A stretch of 64,000 nucleotides of DNA from Candidatus Poribacteria bacterium. GTDB lineage: Bacteria; Poribacteria; WGA-4E; PCPOR2b. The position numbers and the translations under genes are program-made. The DNA is taken from the NCBI GenBank assembly GCA_965208675.1, contig OZ242351.1, positions 480,001 through 544,000 on the forward strand. Direction: 5' to 3'. A model generated the notes under the pieces. The model had not been told where the DNA came from. It did no database searches and worked only from the letters and a program-made list of their open reading frames with translations. How positions within the stretch are numbered: the first letter of the stretch is position 1; the number at the start of each line of letters is the position of its first letter. Shown piece after piece: positions 31,799 to 41,047 of this stretch.

Positions 31799-32767
31799 TT
31801 GTGCGAGGGGTGTATGGAAATTCATTGCCATTTCAGTGTTCGCTGTTGCAAAAGCCATCTCTGGATAAGATCGTTTATTTTGTTAGGCTTAATCACCTTA
31901 GGTCTAGGTTGTTCAGAAACTGAAGATGTCAATAGGCCGTTTACGGAAGATGCCCTTGAGCCTATTGATGCTGAAAATGAAAATGACGGCATTGCGGCTA
32001 CATTCCGCTTAGCGACTTGGAACATCCGAATCTTCAGTGACAACAGTCGAAGCGACGAAGAGTTGCAACTTATCGCCAATGTGTTGGTAGATTACGATTT
32101 CATTGCGATTGTTGAGTTGCGTGATGAAAACGTGTTAAAACGCACGGTGAGTATGCTGGAACTTATGGGTAAGGATTACGATTACGTAATGAGCCGTAAG
32201 GTTGGCGGAAAAGTAAAGGAACGTTATGCGTTCTTGTTCGATCAACAGATGGTAGACGTTGTTGAGGCCGGAATGGTGTTTCCCGATCCGAACGATGCTT
32301 TTTTCCGTGAGCCGTATTTCGCTTCTTTTAAGGCGGGTGAATTTGACTTTACCGCGATTGCAATTCATGTAATCTGGGGTAATTCCGTCGCCGAACGCAG
32401 GAGTGAGGTTCAAGAATTAGCCAACGTGTATCAGACTGTGCAGGACATAAATGGCGCAGAGCAGGATGTGATTCTGCTGGGGGATTTCAACCGTAACCCA
32501 GATGACCGAATAGCATATCAGCCATTGTTGGAAATTGCCGGGATGTTACATCTGTTCAATCTGCCGAAAAAATCCCACATCAACGACTCTAGCTTATATG
32601 ACAACATCTTTTTCCAGTCGATACATGTTACCGAATACAACAACGAGAGCGGCGTTGACCGTTTTGACGAAACGGATTTTGGAAATAACGACCGAGCGGC
32701 ATCTCTTGCAGTAAGCGATCATCGACCGGTATGGTGCGAGTTTCGGATCGACAGAGATGACGATTAA
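31799..32767 (+). CDS. DNase I-like endonuclease/exonuclease/phosphatase, predicted lipoprotein
   Basis: ATWNI, IVELRD, ERYAFLF, REPY, LLGDFN, YDNI and SDHRPV; lipobox-like LGLGC; exact start uncertain. Confidence 0.85.
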   Translation: MCEGCMEIHCHFSVRCCKSHLWIRSFILLGLITLGLGCSETEDVNRPFTEDALEPIDAENENDGIAATFRLATWNIRIFSDNSRSDEELQLIANVLVDYDFIAIVELRDENVLKRTVSMLELMGKDYDYVMSRKVGGKVKERYAFLFDQQMVDVVEAGMVFPDPNDAFFREPYFASFKAGEFDFTAIAIHVIWGNSVAERRSEVQELANVYQTVQDINGAEQDVILLGDFNRNPDDRIAYQPLLEIAGMLHLFNLPKKSHINDSSLYDNIFFQSIHVTEYNNESGVDRFDETDFGNNDRAASLAVSDHRPVWCEFRIDRDDD

Positions 32768-32881
32768 ATCACCTTAAAACAGCTATGAGAAGGGGGGAAA
32801 TTAGCTTTCCAAATGGAGATAAAATATCAACCTTGAGAACCTTTTGCCATTGTGAATCGCCTTTATAAATAGAAGGAGGAG

Positions 32882-34258
32882 GTGGGCACAGTGGATAAAT
32901 TCGATAATGAAACACTGGCTCGTTTAAGTGCACAGGGTAATGAAAGCGCGTTCGTTGAGCTAATCCGACGGCATGAACGGCAGTTAGCGGATTTAATCCA
33001 GTATCAACTCGGAAATCGCGGCGACGCTGAAGATGTGCTGCAGGAGACATTAATGCAGGCGTGGGTTGGGATTCGCCATTTACGCGAGCCGAAAACCGTC
33101 GGGCGGTGGCTGCTTCGGATTGCCCAGAATCGTTGCCGTGATTTTCTAAAATCTGCCCAACGCCGAGCCCAGCCGATGGAAGCCGACGAATTAACCCGGC
33201 TCATCGACCGTTTCGGTCATAGGCAGGTTAGGAATAGACATCTTCTCAATGATGCAGTCGCAACCTTAGAGGAGGTGCCGGAAACCGAGCGTAACGCCGC
33301 GCTACTTTTTTACCTTGAAGGATTTACCATTGCCGAAATCGCTGCACGAAGCCGCTGCGCCGAAGGGACGGTTAAGCGGCGCCTGTTTCAGGCACGGGCT
33401 CACCTCCGTCAATCCTTTGGTGTTTCTAACAAAAGGAGGATAAGTCAGATGCAGACGCACAAACCGGGAACCAAAACGCAACCATTTCCGCTCCATCGTC
33501 CGGAGATTGTCATCACCCAAATTAACACAGAGCCATTCTCGGTGGATTGTCCCGAACTCCGATGTTGGTTCATTGTGCCCAAAATCGGGGAGCGTACCCT
33601 GTATGCGAACTATGATCCGATGGATTGGAAACTCACGGAAGTGTATGAGTTACAAGTGGTCAGGCAGAGCCGTGTGCATGATATGGATGGGGTTGAGATT
33701 GACATCTACGCATGGAACTCTCAAACCGGCTGGATGCCATCTGCATGGCAAATACACGGCAGGTTGACTGAAGAGGAGGTGGAGTATTTAGCGGTGTCAC
33801 AACTTTCCGATGGCAAAAAGATATTGTACACCTACCTTGACGAAGATTTCGATTTCGACTGGGGACGAATGCCTCGGAAGGTACAGGACATAGGGCGTTT
33901 CGTGCACCAAGCTAACGGCTCGTTAAAACAGGTACATAGTGTTGACAATGTGGAAGCAAGCGGTGCGGGCGTTTTCTCCGTCTCAATCGGCGACAGACAC
34001 TTTACCTGTCTCCGAATAATTGAACTGGACGCACCTGTCGAAAAGATAGGACGTGACTTTTCAATAACCGAAAGCTACATTACGGAGGTAGGTCGCACCG
34101 TATTGGTCCGGCATTTCTGTCACCCTGAGAGGACAATGTATAATAACCAAGGGATTCGTGAAAGGGTTATCCTTGATAAAGATGTGCAAATTGTAATCGA
34201 CGGCGTCACTTTTGTTCACTGGTATGACGGCATTTCAAATTTGGCGTTTGGATTTTAA
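32882..34258 (+). CDS. ECF sigma-70 factor with a ~270 aa C-terminal extension
   Basis: DAEDVLQET, WLLRIAQNRCRD and region 4 EIAARSRCAEGTVKRRLFQAR; GGAGG ribosome-binding site. Confidence 0.85.
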   Translation: MGTVDKFDNETLARLSAQGNESAFVELIRRHERQLADLIQYQLGNRGDAEDVLQETLMQAWVGIRHLREPKTVGRWLLRIAQNRCRDFLKSAQRRAQPMEADELTRLIDRFGHRQVRNRHLLNDAVATLEEVPETERNAALLFYLEGFTIAEIAARSRCAEGTVKRRLFQARAHLRQSFGVSNKRRISQMQTHKPGTKTQPFPLHRPEIVITQINTEPFSVDCPELRCWFIVPKIGERTLYANYDPMDWKLTEVYELQVVRQSRVHDMDGVEIDIYAWNSQTGWMPSAWQIHGRLTEEEVEYLAVSQLSDGKKILYTYLDEDFDFDWGRMPRKVQDIGRFVHQANGSLKQVHSVDNVEASGAGVFSVSIGDRHFTCLRIIELDAPVEKIGRDFSITESYITEVGRTVLVRHFCHPERTMYNNQGIRERVILDKDVQIVIDGVTFVHWYDGISNLAFGF

Positions 34259-34330
34259 AATATTCCGATCGCCAGGCAATGCCTTTGATATACACTTTTC
34301 ATAAAGGTTAGGCTTTAGGCAGTTCAGTTT

Positions 34331-34352
34331 GTAGTAGCGCAATTTATTGCGC
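34331..34352. repeat. GTAG-type REP-like palindrome
   Basis: GTAGTA-GCGCAAT-TT-ATTGCGC. Confidence 0.55.
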
Positions 34353-35084
34353 GTCCGGCAGGACGTTCACTTCCTTGGCCTGGCATATTTTTTATGTGAA
34401 AACGGTCCGGATAGAGAAATCTCTATCGCCTTCACCATTCGCTCAGTTGATCCCTACTACGTACGTTTGGATGTCTAACTGCGTAAGTCCTACAGATTCT
34501 AATGAAATGCACACGCCTCGAAAAAATATCTCTTTTTCACTGAAATCCCGTGAAGAGTGCATCCAAAACTGTGTATTAGTAATAGCTAACGAAATGTCTT
34601 CCCAACACCTCGCCGAGTCAGTGGTTTCCGCAATCACCGCTCAGTTGCGATTCGGCGATTGTGAGCAACTCGGTGCAAACGGTTAAATTTAAACCATGTT
34701 GAAGAACAAAAAGGAGGCGCCCGGTATGAAAAGAGTGGCATTTCCAATTCGCCAATTTGATTCAATCGACACGGTATTCAGCGGGGGTGCCTCTGATTTC
34801 CGTCCCTCTCTCCACGCGGACGTTGGATGGGTTGCGGCATAGTCCACCTACACGTTGTATGGAGCAGAAGCCTATCAGCGCTGCACTTCTTCTCCGATTT
34901 TTGGCCGTTCCGTATTCATCAATATACGTTTGGCAGTTCAGCAACAAGGACCGGATCGGTGAAATCCCTCCCCCTGAAGTTCCCGGTTTACGCGGCAAAT
35001 TCCTGCATGAAAAGGATAAAGTTTACCTTGGCGCTAATGCGATAAATGGTGAGCCGCGTCAGCTTTTTGGTATTGTTACTTCAC

Positions 35085-35113
35085 TTGAGGGCGTTCTGTT
35101 CGTGTGGTATAAT
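35085..35113 (+). promoter_or_regulatory. putative sigma70 promoter of the beta-propeller cluster
   Basis: TTGAGG-17 bp-TATAAT with TGn extended -10. Confidence 0.6.
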
Positions 35114-35210
35114 GTCGGATTTAGGAAACCTAAATGATTAGCACCGGGGACAAATCTTGGGTGTTGCTGGGCAATTCCACTATGAATCAAAAGTCGGGAG
35201 GGGAACCCTC

Positions 35211-38200
35211 GTGGGTATTTCAGGAGCAAAGTTGACATTAGACAGCCGCTGGTTCATCGTTATCTTATCGCTATTCGGTTGCGCCGGCACCTCGACTGAC
35301 TATATACCGGAGGTAACGAACAAAGATCTGACTTGGAATGCAACCGCGCTTTTGAGTGATCGGGTTAATGCAGTCGCAGCAGATGCCGAACATGTATGGG
35401 TCGGCACCGACAAAGGGGTCAATCGTTTCAATAAACGTGAGAACAGGTGGATAGGTTATACTGTGGAAGATGGGCTGGCGAACAACAAAGTATCCAGCGC
35501 GGCGATTGACGGAGATGTCGTTTGGTTCGGAACAGAGTCCGGCATTTCAAAATATCAGCCAAAAATCGACAAATGGACAACCTACAACCGTGACGACGGC
35601 CTCCCGAGTAACCGCGTATTGGCAGTAGGTGTGGATGGAGTTTATATTTGGTTTGGCACGGCTAAGGGTTTGTGCCGGTATAACAAAGCCATTGACGTGT
35701 GGGCGCTTCGCACCGTTGACGATGGCGGGTTGACCAGCAACCAAATTACCGATATTGCAGTGGAGGACGAATATGTATGGTTTGCGACGGACGAGGGAGT
35801 ATCACGGTACGATAAAAAAATAGATTCGTGGACGCAATTGACCAAAAGCGATGGGTTAGCGGACGAGAAAGTCACTACCATCGCAATTGAGGATGAATTT
35901 ACTTGGTTCGGCACGAAAAATGCCGGTGTGAGCTTATACAGCAACGCTGAGCAGGCGTTTGTAAAGACCTATACGCGAAACGATTTGCTTGAAACCGACA
36001 AGATAAATTACATCTTGGTCGACGGATTGTATATTTGGATCGGAACAGCAAATGAAGGTGTTCAAAGATTCATCAAACCCGCCAATACGTGGATTCACTA
36101 TAGCACAGAAGATGGGCTGCCGTCGTCAAACATCACGGCGATGGCTGTCGATGGCAAGTATATCTGGTTCGGCACGTATGAGGACGGGCTGGCGCGATTC
36201 GACAAGATTAGTGGGCTTTGGACCGCTGTCAAGAGAGAAGAAGGCTTAGTGAGCGATGACGTAAAATCGATTGTTGAGCAGAATGGCAAGCTTTGGATTG
36301 GCACTTCGATGGGGCTAAGTCAATTTGACTTGCAATCAAGGCAGTGGAAAACCTTCGCCAAGGGGCAAGGACTGACGACGAATTACATCACTCGCGTTGT
36401 TGCCGACGATGACGTAATATGGGTGGGCACATCCAAGGGGGTAGGACGGCATCAGAACGGACGGTGGAAATTCTGGCAGCAACAACACGGACTCCCCAGC
36501 GATTTTGTTGTGGATGTGGCGGTAAATAATCAATCGGTTTGGGTCGGAACACGTAATGGTCTATGTCGATATGACGCTAAGAGCGACAGGTGGCATAACT
36601 TCGATAGACTAAAGCATACCTGGATAAAATCCATCGCTTTTGATGACGGTATGTTGTGGCTTGCGACGGACCGCGGATTAGCCCAATTAACAAACTTGAA
36701 CAACAGTGCCTTGACGGAGGTACAAATCGATTTTTATTCATCGCATTGTGCGGATTACGCCAACACAATCTTGGTAGCGGACAGTGCCGTCTGGATCGGC
36801 ACACGGAATGGACTTACGAGATATGGGAAACACGAGAATAGTTGGCGCCATTTTACTGTTGAAGATGGACTTCCGAATAATAACGTCAGGACGCTGGCTG
36901 TGACGGAAAACGCGCTTTGGATCGGTACGCCGAGTGGGTTAACCACATTTCCTCGAAATGAGTGGAACGACTATTCAGGGTTGGAATCGAGTGGATGGCA
37001 GCATTTCAACCTGACGCAGCCTGGGGCGGAGATGGGGCATGAAAATGTCCGGGATATCTGTGTCGTGGATGGTCAGGTCTGGCTGGCTACAATCGGCGGC
37101 TTGGGTGTGTACTCTCTCCAAAACAGTACGTGGAGAGCAATTCGTGCAACGGAACGAACAACTGTTCTGCGTCACGGCGATGTCCACCACACTGCGCTTG
37201 ATGGCTATTGGGTATGGTTTCTGTCATGGCCCAACACCTCCAACGGAGGAATAGTTCGGTATGACAAACGCACACGAACTTGGGGTCATTTCATGAAAGA
37301 AGATGTGACACCAAGCGGACGAAACGGCGAGACGCGGTATATCAGCCAAATCAATTGGATGGAGGTAACCGCTGATAGCGTATGGTTTGCAACCGATGGC
37401 GGTGTACTGGCTTATCACAAAAAATCGGACACGTGGCGGCACTACACGTCGAAAGACGGGTTAGCGGCGGATAAAACGACAACGTTGACGGTTGATGGAA
37501 ATGACGTATGGGTCGTTTTGAGGGATAACCGCATCTGCCGCTATCATCGAAATACGGACGCATGGGATACGCATCAGGTGGTTCTTAAGGAAATTGCGCC
37601 CGGAATGGAATCGTACCGAACGCGAATTGCGGCGGACAATCGGTATGTGTGGGCGCCAGCTCAGAGGGAGGGCGTGGCGCGTTTCGACAAGGTAAACCAA
37701 TCGTGGCGCAGATACACATCGGCAGACGGCTTGTCGAGCGGAACAATCGCATTCATAGCTGTGGACAATAATAATGTTTGGGCTTATGGTGGAGCTAGCG
37801 GTTTAAGCAAGTACGACGAAAACACTGATAGCTGGAGTGTCATTGACGACAAAAAGGGTTTAGCTTCTAATCGGGTTCGTGAAGTCATTTCCGGCGTGGA
37901 TTTTATGTGGGTGTTGCATGACCGCAGGTGGTGGGAAGAAGACGACTATGCGCCGGCAAGTGGACTGCACCGTGCCAATCAGACGTGGCAGCGTTTTCGA
38001 GGGCACCCGGAAAACGTCGGCAACAATTTTACAGATGTGCAGGAAATACGTGAAGTGGTGTGGTTTGGCAGTAATAATCACGGTGTCAGCCGATACGACA
38101 AGGCATCATCGTCATGGACTGTGTTCACGGAAGAAGACGGATTGCTCAACAACCGCGTGATCTATCCATCCCTGAAAATTGATGGCAATTTTCTCTGGAT

Positions 38201-39215
38201 GGGCGGTGGCAGCGGCATCAGTCGCTACGGCCTGCGCGACGATAGCTGGACCGTCTTTACAGGGCGTGCGTCCTTGCCGTCAGATGTTGTCCGCGCCGTG
38301 GCTGTCGATTCTCGTTACGTTTATTGCGGGACAGATCGGGGCGCAACCCGGTACGATAAGCGGCACGACCGATGGCTAGAAGGACAAATTATAGGAGACC
38401 CAGTGAACGCGCTCGCTCACGATGATAAATACGTATGGATAGCGAGCACCAAAGGGGTGATTCGGTTTGACAAGTCGGCGCATTTGACGGACTATCACGA
38501 TGAAGAAAACGGTCTAGCTGACACATTTGCTAAAGTGGCTGACGTGGCGAGCCGTACATTGTGGATCGGCACTGAGAAGGGGGTGAGCAAATACAACACG
38601 CTTTCGGACGACCCGAACGCTTGGGAGACTTTTACTCACGCTGATGACGTAGACACTTTGCAATTAACTCAGAAATACGCCAACAGCCTTGTATACAACC
38701 GTGTTACAAGTATAGCAGTTGGCAATCGTTTCGTCTGGGTAGGTACAGAAAGAGGCGTCAGCCGCTATGACATGAGGAAGGGAACATGGGATACGTATAC
38801 GAAGCATGATGGATTGCATCACAATGAAGTGAGCAGTATTTGTATTGACGGCGATAAGGTGTGGTATGGAGTAACTGGGGGAGTCAGCAAGTTGGATACT
38901 CGGACAGAAGAATGGAGCGCATTCTTGACATCTGACGGATTAGCTAGTGGTCACATTACCTGTATCGCAGCGAGCGATGACTTCGTATGGTTCGGAACGT
39001 TTGATTCGGGCGTGTCTAGATACCACAAGGCAACTGCGACGTGGAGAAAATACACGCAGAAGGATGGGCTTAGCCACAATCGCGTTTTCGACATCGCTGC
39101 GGAAGAGGATTTCATCTGGGTGGGTACTGAGCGCGGATTAAGCCGGTATGACACGACGACGGACACCTGGACAATCTTTACGAAGCATTTTGACAGAGAA
39201 GATGATAGGAGATGA
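35211..39215 (+). CDS. giant multi-beta-propeller repeat protein 1 (Reg_prop-like blades), predicted lipoprotein
   Basis: Dozens of W..YT..DGL..N.V..IA.DG..VWFGT..G.SRYD repeats; lipobox LFGC. GTG start at 35211 chosen for its GGGAGG ribosome-binding site (ORF track start 35157). Confidence 0.85.
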   Translation: MGISGAKLTLDSRWFIVILSLFGCAGTSTDYIPEVTNKDLTWNATALLSDRVNAVAADAEHVWVGTDKGVNRFNKRENRWIGYTVEDGLANNKVSSAAIDGDVVWFGTESGISKYQPKIDKWTTYNRDDGLPSNRVLAVGVDGVYIWFGTAKGLCRYNKAIDVWALRTVDDGGLTSNQITDIAVEDEYVWFATDEGVSRYDKKIDSWTQLTKSDGLADEKVTTIAIEDEFTWFGTKNAGVSLYSNAEQAFVKTYTRNDLLETDKINYILVDGLYIWIGTANEGVQRFIKPANTWIHYSTEDGLPSSNITAMAVDGKYIWFGTYEDGLARFDKISGLWTAVKREEGLVSDDVKSIVEQNGKLWIGTSMGLSQFDLQSRQWKTFAKGQGLTTNYITRVVADDDVIWVGTSKGVGRHQNGRWKFWQQQHGLPSDFVVDVAVNNQSVWVGTRNGLCRYDAKSDRWHNFDRLKHTWIKSIAFDDGMLWLATDRGLAQLTNLNNSALTEVQIDFYSSHCADYANTILVADSAVWIGTRNGLTRYGKHENSWRHFTVEDGLPNNNVRTLAVTENALWIGTPSGLTTFPRNEWNDYSGLESSGWQHFNLTQPGAEMGHENVRDICVVDGQVWLATIGGLGVYSLQNSTWRAIRATERTTVLRHGDVHHTALDGYWVWFLSWPNTSNGGIVRYDKRTRTWGHFMKEDVTPSGRNGETRYISQINWMEVTADSVWFATDGGVLAYHKKSDTWRHYTSKDGLAADKTTTLTVDGNDVWVVLRDNRICRYHRNTDAWDTHQVVLKEIAPGMESYRTRIAADNRYVWAPAQREGVARFDKVNQSWRRYTSADGLSSGTIAFIAVDNNNVWAYGGASGLSKYDENTDSWSVIDDKKGLASNRVREVISGVDFMWVLHDRRWWEEDDYAPASGLHRANQTWQRFRGHPENVGNNFTDVQEIREVVWFGSNNHGVSRYDKASSSWTVFTEEDGLLNNRVIYPSLKIDGNFLWMGGGSGISRYGLRDDSWTVFTGRASLPSDVVRAVAVDSRYVYCGTDRGATRYDKRHDRWLEGQIIGDPVNALAHDDKYVWIASTKGVIRFDKSAHLTDYHDEENGLADTFAKVADVASRTLWIGTEKGVSKYNTLSDDPNAWETFTHADDVDTLQLTQKYANSLVYNRVTSIAVGNRFVWVGTERGVSRYDMRKGTWDTYTKHDGLHHNEVSSICIDGDKVWYGVTGGVSKLDTRTEEWSAFLTSDGLASGHITCIAASDDFVWFGTFDSGVSRYHKATATWRKYTQKDGLSHNRVFDIAAEEDFIWVGTERGLSRYDTTTDTWTIFTKHFDREDDRR

Positions 39216-39302
39216 ATCGAAAAGAGAGCGTGCCATCCAGTTGCGATGCATTGTTCCGCAATTATTCGGACGAACGGTTAGGAATGAGAAAGGAATTTAG
39301 CT

Positions 39303-40238
39303 ATGACCGAAACAAGTAAGGGCGGTCTTGCAATAGCGAAGCACATTGCATCGTCCTACGTTGATGACTCCAGTGTCAAGGTAATTTTAGTCGGCGGTTC
39401 AGTCTCACGCGGCTGCGCAGACGAATACTCCGATCTTGAAATTGGTATCTTCTGGGCGGAGAGGCCATCCGTTCGCATGCGGAAGGCTGCTATCAAACGT
39501 GTCGGCGGAGAACTATGGTCGTTGAACGAGTCGCGGGGGAGTGAGAAGTGGGGACTCAACGAAATTACTGTCAATGGAAAATCCTACGCAGGTACGTTAA
39601 TGGTTTCTACGATACATCTCAGTGTCACAGAAACGGAAGCCCGCCTATCAGACGTTATTGATTGTTACGATACTGACATTGAGAAGCAGGGATTGCTTTC
39701 CGCCATCCAACACGGTTTGCCTTTGCACGGCACGGCGATTTGTGGGCGATGGCAGACTAGGGCATCCGCATACCCTGATGAGCTTGCACGGCGAATGGTT
39801 CGAGAGAACCTCTGGATGGGACCGTGGTTCTGCCCTGAACAGTATATTGGCAGAGACGACCTTCTTGTCCTGTACGATCACTATATTCAGATTGAGCAGG
39901 GCATTCTCAAGGTGCTGTCGGGGCTGAACCGAGTCTATTATCCAACTCCTTATACCAAGTGGATGGATTGGCTCATTCAGCAGATGTCAATTGCCCCGCC
40001 GGACCTATCAGTTCGACTGAAGTCAATTTTCCATGCGGGCGCCGCATCTGCATGGGTTGAACTTAAAACGTTGGTTTTCGAAACTTTATGCTTTGTTGAG
40101 CACCACATGCCTGATGTAGGTACGCCAGTATCGGGTGAACAGAATCCACCCCACGTCAACATGGTATGGGCGAAAAGGCGGTGGATGCCTCACTCACCTT
40201 ACAGCCTCATGCGGAATATCGCCGCAACCGAATATTAG
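39303..40238 (+). CDS. nucleotidyltransferase (Pol-beta superfamily) domain protein
   Basis: GGSVSRGCADEYSDLE (GS...DxD/E) followed by a helical C-terminal region. Confidence 0.7.
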   Translation: MTETSKGGLAIAKHIASSYVDDSSVKVILVGGSVSRGCADEYSDLEIGIFWAERPSVRMRKAAIKRVGGELWSLNESRGSEKWGLNEITVNGKSYAGTLMVSTIHLSVTETEARLSDVIDCYDTDIEKQGLLSAIQHGLPLHGTAICGRWQTRASAYPDELARRMVRENLWMGPWFCPEQYIGRDDLLVLYDHYIQIEQGILKVLSGLNRVYYPTPYTKWMDWLIQQMSIAPPDLSVRLKSIFHAGAASAWVELKTLVFETLCFVEHHMPDVGTPVSGEQNPPHVNMVWAKRRWMPHSPYSLMRNIAATEY

Positions 40239-40248
40239 GATTACTTAT

Positions 40249-41025
40249 ATGGCAAGCATTTATAACTTTCCCGACGTCTACGATGCCGTGCTTCGATTTC
40301 CACCTGATCAGATTGAAACACAGGTTAACTCCATCCGGCAGTTGCTGAGAGGGCGAGGTGTAACCAAAGGCAGGATGCTCGAACTTGCTTGTGGGACATG
40401 TGCGCATGGAATATTTTTCGCAAAAAGCGGATTTTCTGTAACAAGCATGGACATCAATCCAAACATGCTTGCGAGTGCACAGAATCGAATGGAAACTGCA
40501 GGAGTTAAAATCCAACTCATTCAAGGTGATGTGGTTGATTTTAACCTAAACCATGCGGGTATTGACTGCGCGATTTTTATGGCAGAGACCTTCCCTCTGA
40601 TTACCGCGTATGAAGACGTCAAGAGCCATTTTCAATCGGTGAGACGTCACCTCAAACCGGGCGGACTCTACGTTATTGATATGGATAAACATTACTTCGC
40701 ACCTCCAAAACGTAAAATTGGGAGGTGGGGTGAAAAAACAGTTCGACTTAGCAACGGACAAGTGGAGGTCTGGCACGAGGACTTTCCAGGAGATTGGGTT
40801 GAAGGAGTAAATCGCATGACGATGCACTGCCGAATTCACGTTAACGATACCATTTATGAAACAGCCGATGAATGGAGTCTTCGATACTATAGTCCTTGGA
40901 TACTATCTTTGCTGGCGAGAACATTAGAAGGTTGGAATTTAACCGGATTCTTCTCGCGCCACAATCTGAACCAAGATATTTCCGATGAATCTCACTATTT
41001 CACAGTTTTGGAAAAAGCGTATTAA
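40249..41025 (+). CDS. class I SAM-dependent methyltransferase
   Basis: LELACGTC, MDINPNML and HLKPGGLYVID; ATG at 40249 just after the upstream stop. Confidence 0.85.
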   Translation: MASIYNFPDVYDAVLRFPPDQIETQVNSIRQLLRGRGVTKGRMLELACGTCAHGIFFAKSGFSVTSMDINPNMLASAQNRMETAGVKIQLIQGDVVDFNLNHAGIDCAIFMAETFPLITAYEDVKSHFQSVRRHLKPGGLYVIDMDKHYFAPPKRKIGRWGEKTVRLSNGQVEVWHEDFPGDWVEGVNRMTMHCRIHVNDTIYETADEWSLRYYSPWILSLLARTLEGWNLTGFFSRHNLNQDISDESHYFTVLEKAY

Positions 41026-41047
41026 ACCGAACACTGAAAGGCGCGCA

